Source of the DNA: Octopus bimaculoides
Taxonomy: Eukaryota
NCBI RefSeq assembly: GCF_001194135.2
Contig: NC_068985.1
Span: 106,819-161,178 of the forward strand
Direction of reading: 5' to 3'
DNA length: 54,360 bases
This document shows, piece by piece, positions 37,852-49,392 of the stretch. The position numbers and the translations under genes are program-made. Position 1 is the first letter of the stretch. The number at the start of each line of letters is the position of its first letter. Under the pieces are notes generated by a model, which saw only the letters and a program-made list of their open reading frames with translations, was not told where the DNA came from and made no database searches.

Positions 37852-39264
37852 AACAACAAAACAAGATGAGGATAAAATATGTCAAATGTAAATAATGTAC
37901 TCAAATGATTACTTCTAACAATTGTGGAATGGTAGTGTTTTGTGTGATTATTTTATCCGGTAGAGCAAAATAAAGGTAGGATGTTGATATAGACAAATAT
38001 GATGTTTGGGATAGTGGAATCCACTTGTAATAAGACTGTGAGTGTACCTGGAGTGGAGTTAGTACTGTTACAAATGATATGTTGGGGAATATCGGGTAGT
38101 AGTAATAGTGTACTAGCCATCATTTCAATTATGGAGTTGGAGGAATAAAAGAATTACCTGATAAATTATCAAATAATGAACAATGAGGATATACCAGATA
38201 AAATATCTAAGTAAACAAGTAGGTGGCAGTTGTTTATTTATTAACTATTTAGAACGTTACAAGGGGCATTAATATTATTTAATGAGATAGTATAACTTGC
38301 TATTATATAAATCAGGAAGTGTACTTTAAACTGATGGTCGTAGGTAAGAAGTTTGCATGATATGTACCTTTATTACTGAGTGTTGCACAAATAACAGTAA
38401 CTTTGTATGAGGGTTGATTACTTAGTAGAATAGGAGAGAAACTCACTAGCGTGTGTAAGCTGCTATTTTATGGGTTAGATACAGTCAAATCGCAAAGCAT
38501 AATACTAGGTCAAACTATATAGATGAATAGTTCCTTCAATATTGCATACCGTTCAAAATCACATACTATTCAGATAATGTTAACAAGATTTATAAGTAAT
38601 AAGGGATAACCTGTATAGGAAAGGAAAAAGTAAAAGATAACTCAGTCCATTGATCCATTTGTCTAAGCGTTTACTTAAGAGAGAGGTGGTGGGACTGAAG
38701 TTGTTTTGCCATAGGTTAATACCTAGAATAGAGGTTATGTAATGTCCTTTAAAATATTTAAAGGTGCACGTTACTTTATGGATATACAAAAGACGAAGGT
38801 CCAGTTTATTATTAAATAGATTTTCACTATTCGATCACTTTAATGTTTCATACAGCATAGTCTGCACACATATCTGCTACTGGAGTACGGTTTTGTGACC
38901 CTAATTACCTTCCATTTGAAATCAAATCTAATGTTGTTATCTTTAAGTTTCAAATCTTCATGGCTAGGGAAGTCCTACCTGCCCTATGTCTTAATTTGAT
39001 AGATGGTTGTGTAAGTGCTGCTTCAGATTTACAGAACAGCCTGTATAAGCATTAGTCTCCATCACCACACTGCATCAACCAGAAAGTGGACATGAGTTTT
39101 TTTTCTGAGCAGTTGCACCCATTATTTACCATTACATGATTTTTTTATTATGAGTGCACCTTCCTATAATATTAGGACATAGAAGATCAAGATTGAGTGA
39201 GTTAACATTATTGCTGCCAGGGGTTATACTACTATTAATGTGGTTGTAGTGGCGCGAAATTATA

Positions 39265-39344
39265 GCCGCCATTGAGGAAGTACTATTCTGCGCATGCGAA
39301 GGGGACTTCACCACCGGAAGCCCCTCGAGTACGCATGCGTAGTA
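39265..39344. promoter_or_regulatory. CpG-rich promoter-like motif cluster within an imperfect hairpin
   Basis: YY1-like gccgccatt (39265-39273), NRF1-like tgcgcatgcg (39289-39298) and acgcatgcgt (39331-39340), ETS-like ccggaag (39314-39320). Confidence 0.5.
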
Positions 39345-39661
39345 AAACTGGTTCTTAAGAGAGAGTTTCACTTTGTTAGGCAGTTGAGCTCAGACCTGCT
39401 ACGTGACGACAACTCGCTCCTCAACGAATTACCACTTCACCTCGATGCCTTCGATGGTGATAGCTACTTGTTTCTCTGGCAGGCGTCAAGGAAGCCCTTA
39501 ACCTCCCATTACCAAACTACAACCTAATCAGCGGCTGCTAAGCTGAATGACAGGAATTGTGAAACCAAGCATTATCATAAATAAAACCTTTTTATTATAT
39601 TGTTAATTGTTCTATTGTCTCTTCATATATAATTATGTTGAAAGGTGATAGAGAGACTAAC

Positions 39662-39726
39662 GTCTCTATGACAACTATCAAACTTTTACATGGTTATTAC
39701 CATTACAATTAGTTGCCAAGCACGGC
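39662..39726 (+). promoter_or_regulatory. X-box-like motif followed by a candidate short first exon
   Basis: GTCTCTATGACAAC at 39662-39675; donor GGC|GTAAGT at 39726/39727. Confidence 0.3.
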
Positions 39727-40279
39727 GTAAGTGAATGTAGATAATGAGCATGGTTGTAAGGGGTTACGCCTTCAGATTCTGACATTAAAGGGTTGGAGAT
39801 GAGCAATATAACAGAATTGTAGTCAGCACTAGCGTTTGTGTTATATTTGTCAAGCATATAAGCCAGTCTAGCTGACTCCAATTTACTTCCTCTACCACCC
39901 CTGGTCACTGGTCATAGATATCAAATACTTTCTCAATCCACAGCCTAATGCCCATAACAACCAATTTTTGTTGGTTTTTCTCCCATTTCATGGTCAGCTT
40001 CGGCTAGCTCCTGCCATGTTCCCACTGCATATCTTATTGTTTTGAAATTATGTCTCGTCTGATGATTACTGTTTCTGTAATGAAGTAATATTCTCATTCT
40101 CTTATTTAGAAAATGTGTGAGAAACAGTTGGAATGAGCTGACATTAATCCATCGTCTGTTATCATTGATTTGCTACTCACACACACACAAGTATATAGTT
40201 GTGTATTCATATATATGTGTATATGTGAGCATGTGCATATACATACACGTGTATATATATATTTATGTGTGCGTATGTA

Positions 40280-40738
40280 TGGTGAAGGTACATGGCTCAG
40301 TGGTTAGAGCATTGGACCCACAATCATTAAGTAGTGAGTTTGATTCCCAGACTTTGCTGTGTAACAGAGCATTTATTTCATGTTTACTCAGCTGTAGAAA
40401 TGAATTGTGATGTCACTGGTGCCAAATTGTATCAGCTTTTCCCTTTTCCTTGGATAACTTCAGTGACATGGAGAGGGGAAGCTGGTATGCATGGGCGACT
40501 GCTGGTCATTCGTAAACAAACTTGCCCGGACTTCTACTTCAGAGGGGAACTTTCTAGGTGTAATCACTTGGTCATTCATGACTAAAGCAAGTCTTTACCC
40601 TTTCATATATATATATATAGAAACTCTGCCAAATCAGATTGGAGCCTGGTGTAGCCATCTGGTTTCACCAGTCCTCAGTCAAATCGTCCAACCCATGGTA
40701 GCATGGAAAGCAGGCGTTAAACGATGATGATGATGATG

Positions 40739-40745
<7 letters not shown>
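40280..40745 (+). mobile_element. tRNA-derived SINE (40280-40600) followed by an RTE-tail module (40620-40745)
   Basis: Head ggtacatggctcagtggttagagcattg...gagtttgattccc; tail gaaactctgccaaatcagattgg...gcgttaaacgatgatgat. Confidence 0.85.
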
Positions 40746-40800
<55 letters not shown>

Positions 40801-41399
40801 TGATGATGATGATATATATATATATATAGTTCATAACACCATTAATGGAGTATTGTGTATCATATTGGCACGAACAAGGATGTGTTGAACGTGTTTATTT
40901 TTGTATCTTTGTGGAAATGAGTTTCTACGGAATGCTTGTGTTAAGAAAAAACAAACACTTCTGAGTTTGTTGTCGGCTAGCCTACATGTTGTTAAATAAC
41001 TTCCTTTTGAAATTCTCTCTGAGGATATACCCGATTCACTGGTTTCAAATATGGAATTTTATTTCTGAAATTAAAGAATTGTGTGTGGCGACAACTGTAG
41101 GTAGAAGTTTCTATACATCTGTATGTAAATTTTTATCCATTTTCATTATTTTCTTATTTTAAAAGGTTTATTTAAATATCTGTGTGTTTCGGTGATAAAC
41201 TAATATACTTTGTTTTCGGTGAACTAAGATGCTAGCATCCCTTAAAAAACTTTAGTTCTTTGACTAATTAAATGAAATTATATATATATGCAAGGTGTTC
41301 AGGCAAAATTTGGCAGCTTGCATGAATGGAAAAGAAAGCACATCTAAAAATAAAAGTATTTTAAATAAAAAAATTACAAGATTATGGGTGGGAGATAAC

Positions 41400-41990
41400 A
41401 GTTTACTCAAATTAGTGTTGGCTGTCAGTTTTCACCATAGCCTCAAGACAGCTCTGGAACTTGGTACCTCATTGTGGTCCTACAAAGATCTTCAGACAGA
41501 TCTTGATCACCAGCTTGACTTTGATGTTGCAGTCAAGACAGTTGATGTTTTTCCCAAATGTGTTCTACACACAATAATCCATGGAATTACACTCAGGGAA
41601 ATTAGGAGACCAGAAATTAGGGCTGATGGAATTGTGGAAATTCACTGACAACCACTCCTAACTTTTTCCAGAGCAATGGCAGGGAACTGAATCCTATTGC
41701 AACACATATGGTCTTCCAGTAGCAACCTTTTCCAGGCAGAGTTTGACTACAGTTTCCACCAACTTCATGTAGCCATCTGAATTGAGCCTAAGGCCTTTTC
41801 CCTGCATGTGTTGAATGAATTCTCGTATGTGGATGCAGCCAGAATTCTTATTGTGTCCGTTCCTCCTGGCCATAGTTTTATAGTTTCCATTGCAGTTGTC
41901 CATGTCATGCCTTATAAGTTTACAATGTTCACAGAGTAATGAGCAGCAGTTATGATGTTGGCATTTTAACACCTGACATGAATCATAATA
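41400..41990 (-). mobile_element. IS630/Tc1/mariner (maT/rosa-like) transposase remnant
   Basis: GLRLNSDGYMKLVETVVKLCLEKVATGRPYVLQ*DSVPCH...SPNFWSPNFPECNSMDY, the QDxAPxH and WPPNSPDxNPxDY catalytic region with stops. Confidence 0.8.
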
Positions 41991-42181
41991 TAGGTAACTG
42001 TTTTCTAATATTAAGATGGCTTCCAGTCCTCTATCAACTTTCTCTCAACTATAACTTTAATCTTTATGCTCTGCAATGCCATTGACTGTTGATCATCACA
42101 CCAAGCTGTTCTTGAAGAAAGGCAACATAAAAATCATCAAATTTAGCCTGAACATGCTTAATATACAAGTATATTGTTGCA

Positions 42182-42222
<41 letters not shown>

Positions 42223-42609
42223 CATCATCACCATTGTTTAACGTCCGCTTTCCATGCTAGCATGGGTTGATATAATGTACTGGGTGCAATTTATTGTGCC
42301 ACTGGCATTAGAGAAGCTGACTTGAGGAGGTCAAGAAGCCCTGTCTATCATGGTTTTTACTCTGAGTTACTAGTCTCCTTGATCAGGTGCCCAGATTGTG
42401 GCTTGAAGCATGGACTGGTGCCTGGCAAAATAACAGCTCCTATGAATAAGGTTTGAATGAAAAAAAAAAAAAGGATTTGCTAGTCAAAGCATTTTCAGTG
42501 CATTAACCTACAGGAAAAGTTTATAAAGTTGTGTTTTTTGCCATTATAAAGTCTTAAATCAACTTTCTAGATTGCTGGAATTGAGTAAAAAAAGAAAGAA
42601 ACTGATGTT

Positions 42610-42850
42610 TCTCTGTCATCACCAAAACTGACGTTTTTGAAGTCAAAAGAAAAGTTGAAGAGAAACATGAAGAACCTTATGTATAAAAACTCCAATTCTG
42701 CCCTCCTTCAGCTCTCCCTTACAATCTTTGTTGCCATTTGTTTTATAAGAGGATTGGCCTTCTCTCTCATCAATGCCATCAGTGTGGAGAACCATTTGAC
42801 AAGGAAGAAATTGAAATTCTTGGACACAACAGAGATAACTGTGTTTGTAT
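42610..42850 (+). pseudogene. decayed Cys/His-rich coding fragment of unknown origin
   Basis: One frame with an internal TAA: KTDVFEVKRKVEEKHEEPYV*KLQFCPPSALPYNLCCHLFYKRIGLLSHQCHQCGEPFDKEEIEILGHNRDNCVC. Confidence 0.35.
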
Positions 42851-44469
42851 ACCAGCATTGGCAGAGTTTTAGCTTTTGCATGTTTCAGACAGAATACATT
42901 GTGGCAGGTTTTCTATGGATGGATGCTCTTCTTATTGCTAACCCTCAGCTGTTTCCAAGCAAGGTAATATTTCCTCATGGCCAGACATGTTTTCACAAAA
43001 CATTGGAAAGGAATAATACTGTTTGCCTGACAGAAGTACCCTCTCTCTCTCCTCCTCTTTCTATATGTGTTCATACGATGGGCTTCAATCTCACAAATTC
43101 ATTCAGTAGGCTTTGGTTGAAAATAGAAAAAGAATTCCCTACATCTGATATCAATAACTGTAAACCAATTACTTATATTTATTGGTTTAGCAAAGAATCT
43201 CCACTTTTGATAATTTTAAAGAATTGCATTTGCTGATTCAAAATCTTTTGCTTCTAATGAGCTATTGGAATAAACAAACAATAAATCAATAATGTACATT
43301 TCATGCACACAATCACACACTTACGCCCACACACACACATATATATTTATACATAATGTACATATTTATTCAAATATATATACATCCATGTGTACATGGA
43401 TGTATATGTAAGGAAACAGAAATACAGCAAGCACTACTTTAACCACCTGATCAAAGGATATATTAATACTGAAAGAAAAAGTCCCCTCTAGCCCGAGTCT
43501 TCAAGGCTAGAGGGGACTTTTTTTAGACCTTTTAACAAACTTCTCTAGGACCAATGCACAATAAGATGTCTTTACCCTTTGGCATAAAGTGGTTGGTTGG
43601 GTATTCAGCCATTAAAAAAAAGACATATCAAAAACTTTACACAAATTGTAAAAGTGTTAGTTTTCGCTGTTTGTGTGTTAGATGAATATTGTTAAGCTGA
43701 AATCATTTACTTTCTGTTAGTAGGGAAAGAAAACTTATATCGAAGTGATGACAATGATACATACACACATATACTTTAGTTACAGTCACCTTGCAGTATA
43801 TGTGTGTGAGTTTTTGATAGACTCTCCTGTTGTTGAACAATCTGACCAATTGATTTGTTTCTATTGTGATCAAATGTTTGCACCACTCATTAGCCTACTC
43901 TCTCCATCAAATCAACATTGTCTGAACAGGTGTCAAAGTGATTGCAGAGCAATGTGAGATGAAGTGTTTTGCTCAACAACACAATGCACTACCTGGTCTA
44001 GGAATTTCCAATTACTTCTCCACACCCTTATAATGTGGAATAGCTATGTATCTTCTCTATAGCAAGACATCTGTTCTTGTCCCTCTATCAGACTTTAGCC
44101 TCTCTGCACTTGGCATAATGCCACTTCCTTCTTGCTAATCACTATCCTCCCTTATTCATGGAAGCTCCTCTCTTTTGTGTTTTTTACTGTCTTGAACCTA
44201 CTTGGCAATCTCACTATTGTTGTTGGCACAAAAAATGCACCCAGTGCATTCTGAAAGACGGTTGGCATTTGGAAAGGTATGCAACCATAGAAAATATGCC
44301 AAAGCGGATACTGGAAATTGGCATAGCTTTGCAGTTTGCTGGATCCTGTCAAATGGTTCAACACATGCCAGCATGGAAAACAGACATTAAATGATGATGA
44401 TGATTATGAAGGATGTCCCAAAACAATGTAAACACATTAACGGCTGATAACTCAATTTTCATTTCTTTT

Positions 44470-45285
44470 TATATTTAGCATGCAGACAGCCATGCTACAT
44501 GGCAGTGAAACATGGGCCATGACTGATGAGGACATGTGTAAGCTTGCAAGAAATGAAGCTAGTATACTCTGCTGGATGTGTAAGGTCAGTGTGCAGACAC
44601 AACAGAGTTTAAGTGCCCTGAGAGAAAAGTTGGGCATAAGATGTGGTGTGCAAGAGAGATAACTGCGCTGGTATGGTCATGTGTTGCATATGGATGAGGA
44701 CAGCTCTGTGAAAAAATGTCCCTAGCAGTAGAGGGATCCTGTGGAAGAGGTAGATCCAGGAAGACCTGGGATGAGGTGGTGAAGCATGAATTTCAAACGC
44801 TGGGCTTCATGGAGGTGATGATGAGTGACTGAGACCTTTGGAGATATGCTGTGCTTGAGAAGACCTGGCAAGCCAAATGAGACCGTAACTGTGCCAGTGC
44901 AACATAACCGACCCATTTAAGAGTAGCCTTCGATCATTGGGCAATAAACTGTGCTTGAGAAGACCTGTTAAGTCAAGTGAAGTCAGTGTCGGGGCCAATG
45001 CCAGTATCACCTGACTGGCAACCGTGCCAGTGGCACATAAAAAGCACCATTTGAGCATGGCTGTTGCCAGTGCTGCCTAACTGGTCTTTGTTCTGGTGGC
45101 ATGTAAAAAAGCACCCACTACACTCTCGGAGTGGTTGGCATTAGGAAGGGCATTCAGCTGTAGAAACCTTGCCAGATCAGATTGGAGCCTGGTGCAGCCT
45201 TCTGGTTTGCCAGTCCTCAGTTAAACCGTCCAACCCATGTCAGCATGGAAAGCAGACGTTAAATGACAATGATGATGATGATGAT
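44470..45285 (+). mobile_element. 5'-truncated RTE LINE 3' end with tail
   Basis: TAMLHGSETWAMTDEDMCKLARNEASIL...GRSRKTWDEVVKH, then tandem UTR units and a (GAT)n tail. Confidence 0.9.
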
Positions 45286-45699
45286 TTATACCATTAGAAA
45301 TAATGAAGGGAGCCAGATTAAGCCTTGAACAAAGGAAATGTGTTCTAAAGTGCTACTGGAAGTTTGAAATTGCAGACAAAGTGCAAAGATAGCTTGGGAG
45401 GAAGTTTAATACAGATCCACCAATGTAACTGACCATCACCTAAATTAGAGATAAGTTTGAAGCAAAGTGGAACTTTTGGAATATCCACAAAAAATGTCCT
45501 AAAAGACTGTGGACAGTGACAAGCACCACAAAGGAAAAAAGTGTACTAGAAGCATATTGCCAGAAATGAAGAGAATCTTTCTAGCAGACGAGTTGCGAAA
45601 TAAGAATTTCAAAATCATGTGTCCATTACAATTTGAAGCGCTGTCATTGGGAAAGTCACATTCCAAGAATAGTCTGTGCTTTCCATTAAGATAACCTGG

Positions 45700-46130
45700 A
45701 GCAAAGTGTGGAGTTCTGTAAGTAGTACTTGGCAAAATGTGTAAAAGCTACACACTTTCCAACAAAGACTATTTGGAGTGATGGGGCTACATTTAAATTA
45801 AGTGGCTTAATTAGCCTCTGCAATCAAACCTACTGGGTACCACAGAATCTAAATATTACAAAGAAATATCACCTTTCTTTACCATTTGTTACAGTTTGAT
45901 GCAACTTATCAAGAGAATAGGACCATTCTTTTGTGACATAATTGTGATTTATCATATACTTGAAATTGCTGTGGCAATCTGTCATGTAGGAGTCTTTGAA
46001 AACTGTCAGCTAAACCTCATACTACCATCGTGATGTAAGAGCTTACCTTGATGAGATTTAGCTTAACAGGTGGACTGGACAAAGAGGTTCTGTAGAATGA
46101 TCTCCACCTTCACCATATCTGACACAATCT
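45700..46130 (-). mobile_element. old CR1/L2-type RT fragment
   Basis: Reverse strand gives a degraded DF.K.....HDRL ... QTV.NG region. Confidence 0.45.
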
Positions 46131-46299
46131 TTTTTTATAGGGATACTTAAATGATAAAGTTTATGGTACAAAACCAGAGACAGTCCATTGATTGCACACA
46201 AATACTGAACAAAATACTTCTTGGTGTTTATGATTTCGAACAATCATCAGTTTGAAAAAAGATTCATAAAAAATTAAATTCTGTTTGTAGATTCTATTG

Positions 46300-46870
46300 A
46301 ATTTTGAAAATAATTCTTTCTTGTTTGTTCTACCCCTTAAAATGAACTTTCATGTCTGTGGTTGCTTTTGTAAACTGTAAACATTAATATTAATTCATCA
46401 AATAACTTCCAAATTTGCAATCTCTCCCTCTAAAATAATAATCTCTTCCCTTGTTTTTTGACCACATATATCTATGTATTTCGTACTGTTCCCTAAAATT
46501 ATTTCCTTCCTGTCTGTACCTCTTGTTTCTTGTTGCAATGGCTACTCACGGCTATTTCTCTTTCAAGCTTAGGGCAAAGTCTGCCATCTTTGTCCATTTC
46601 CGGCTGTTTCTCCCTGCCTCTCAGACTTGCATTAGTTTATTCCATGTGTTTGGCTGTTTCAGGACACTTGAAAATATGCACAACTAAGCTAATAATTTCT
46701 CTTGTTTTTTAATCACCTCATTTATTCAAACTCATCTATTTTCTAAAATAATTCTTTCTTGTTTGTTCTGCCCCTACAATGACTAACCTTGTTTCTTGGT
46801 TACATGTATGTACATATTTCATACTTTTCTCTAAAATAATTCTTTCTTGTTTGCTCTACCCCTTAAAACG
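46300..46870. repeat. dispersed direct repeat aaaataattctttcttgtttgttctacccc
   Basis: Near-identical units at ~46308, ~46745 and ~46833, with a weaker one at ~46432. Confidence 0.75.
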
Positions 46871-47164
46871 ACCTTTCATGTCAGTGGTTGTACAGACCCT
46901 TTCCCACCCCACTACCAATACTAGAAATCTTTCTCTCTTACCAGTAATCTTGTTGCCCTCTCCTTTCTCTCCCCACCCCATCTCTGGACTAACTAAACCA
47001 GATAGCAGCCCACTTACCTTATTTTTTACATTTATATCTGCAGCATCAGTAATGCTTACATTCACAATGCTCATAATGCTTATATTTACAACACCGCAAA
47101 CACTTTCATATACAATGCGTCCCCCCACCCCCGAGTAGAGGCAACAACCATAACAATTCTAACA

Positions 47165-49300
47165 TGTCTGGATGACGGTGGATTAAAAGTAAGAACAACT
47201 GTTATGATGTCTGTTACCAAACGATCATGGGAACCTTCTTTTCAGGTGCAAAATAACATCTCTCCTTCCTCTGTTACTTCCCATATCTCATTCCCAGTTT
47301 TCAGAGTTGGCACTCTAAATGTAGGCACATTGAAAGGTAGGTCTAGCGAGATTGTAGAGATGCTTGAATGGAAACGTATTGATTCATGTTGCATACAAGA
47401 GGTAAGGTGGAAAGGAGCTTCAGCAAGAGTCCTCACAGGCAAAGCACATAGGTATAAACTCTTCTGGGAAGGTTACAGTGATGGAATAGGGTGTGTGGGC
47501 ATACTTCTTGCAGAGAAGGTCATAGAGGTAGTGAGGGTGTGAGACAGAGTACTTAAACTCAGGCTAGTCTTGGAGAATGGTATAGCTACAATTATCTCTG
47601 CCTATGCCCCACAAGCAGGCCTACCAAATGAACAGAAGGATCCCTTTTATGATATTCTCCTCAAAGACGAGTGACAGTGATCTCATCTTTGTGGCTGGAG
47701 ATTTTAATGGGCATGTCGGACAGTAACCTGGTATCTTCCATGGTGTACATAGGGGTCATGAAGTTTGTATCAGAAATGAAGAGGGAACTAGGCTCCTGGA
47801 GTTCTGTTATGCAAATAACCTATTGATCTGCAACACCAAATTCAGGAAACCAGCTGGCCACCTGATAACCTATCAATCAGGTGACTCCACTGGCCAGATC
47901 AATTTCATTCTCACCAGACAGCAGGATGCATGGTTGCTCTTAAATACAAAGACCCTCCCGGGTGAAGAATGTAACCCCCCCACCCCCAGCATAGACTAGT
48001 TATTAGTGACTTTAGACTCGAGGCTAGAAGGATGCCAAAAAGCAGATCAGTCTGGAAAAGGAGGGTTTGGAAGTTTAAGAACCCTTCACATGGTCAGAGA
48101 TTTAGGGATATCTTAACCGAAAAATTTGATGATAGGGAGGAGGAGCTACAATCCTGTGACATGGAAGGCAACTGGGAATTCCTGCGAGACTGCTTGCTGA
48201 GTGCCACAGGCCAGATCTGTGGCTGGTGCAAAAGCCCCTTCCAGATCTACGGTAGCATGGTGCTAGAACAACACTGCAGACAGGGCCATTAGAGCAAAGA
48301 AACAGGCATGGAAGGCTAGGAAGAGTGGGGGTAGCAGGAGAATGTATCAGATTGCCAAAACAGAAGCTAAGAGACAGCTATATATAGCCAAGGAAGTAGC
48401 AGAAAAGAAGTTTGCCAATGTTCAGCGATGTGAGGACCAAAGAGGTGAAGTATTTCAGATTGCAAGACAGTGTGTGAGAGAAAACTATGACGTCATTGAG
48501 AAATGTGTCCGCATGGATGATGGTGCACTTGCGTTTAATGATTCTGCAAAGAAAGAGGCTTGGAGAAGCCATTATGAAAGACTGCTGAATGTGGAGAATG
48601 AATGGGAGAAAGAGAGCCTGCTAAAGGTCAACCCAATTGAGGGACCAGCTACCTGAATCAGCAGTACATTTGTAGATAAAGCAATTAAGGATATGAAGAC
48701 AGGGAAAGCACCTGACCCATCAGGAATCACTGCTGAGATGCTTAAAATATCAAGCAGTGTGGGTTATGGTCTTGTCACCCACATCGTAAATCAAGTAGTT
48801 CATGAAGGAGTCATACCCAATGACTGGTGTAGCAGCACCATAGTCAACTGCTACAAGGCTAAAGGTGATACTTTAGATTGAAATAACTACAGGGGTATCA
48901 AATGTATTGGATCAGGTGATGAAAGTTACAGAGAGGGTCATGGCCCAACTAATTAGGGAGAGAGTTAGCCTAGATGAGATGCTGTTCATTTTGTGCCAGG
49001 CAGAAGCACCACCGATGCTATATTCCTGGCAAGGCAACAGCAGTAGAAATATCTAGTCAAAGATAAACCTCTTTACTTGGCTTTTGTTGACATGGAGGAA
49101 GCCTTTGACAGGGTCCCCTGATCTCTTATCTGGTGGTCAATGCAGAAACTATGGATAGATGAGTGGTTAGTGAGAGCTATACAAGCCATGTACAGGGATG
49201 CTGTCAGTAAGGTGAGGGTTAGCAATGAGCATGGTGAAGAATTCTGAGTAAAATTAGGGGTTCCATCCATGCCAGCATGGAAAACAGACATTAAATGTAT
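47165..49300 (+). mobile_element. RTE LINE (EN plus N-terminal RT) joined directly to the terminal tail
   Basis: VGTLNVGTLKGRSSEIVEMLE...CIQEVRWKG; MKTGKAPDPSGITAEMLK; AFVDMEEAFDRVP; then ggggttcca|tccatgccagcatggaaaacagacattaaatg. Confidence 0.92.
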
Positions 49301-49321
49301 ATGAACAGTTTTTGAGATACC

Positions 49322-49392
<71 letters not shown>

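Noticed and set aside
37900-38600. Nuclear copy of mitochondrial DNA, suggested by AT richness and strand skew
   Set aside because: No recognisable mitochondrial protein, rRNA or tRNA motif; TAA/TAG stops remain under the invertebrate mitochondrial code.
39380-39400. RNase P RNA CR-I-like motif (gcaggtctgag on the minus strand)
   Set aside because: No matching CR-V or other conserved regions nearby.
42637-43236. 199-aa ORF, the longest gap-free ORF in the track
   Set aside because: It runs through an antisense SINE/RTE-tail remnant (~42860-43020), has no splice or start context and no recognisable domain. The protein-like signal here is in another frame.
43476-43524. Stem-loop plus T-run as a rho-independent terminator
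   Set aside because: Eukaryotic nuclear DNA with no operon context; the T-run is simply the complement of the A-run in the stem.
46047-46122. Minus-strand exon with a perfect AAG|GTAAGC donor
   Set aside because: All three frames contain stops, there is no polypyrimidine tract, and it lies within an old LINE RT fragment.
46530-46620. ETS/YY1-like motifs plus GTGAGT donor on the minus strand; CCAAT/YY1-like motifs at ~31685-31705
   Set aside because: The short motifs are expected by chance, the ORFs close quickly, and the first lies inside a repeat.
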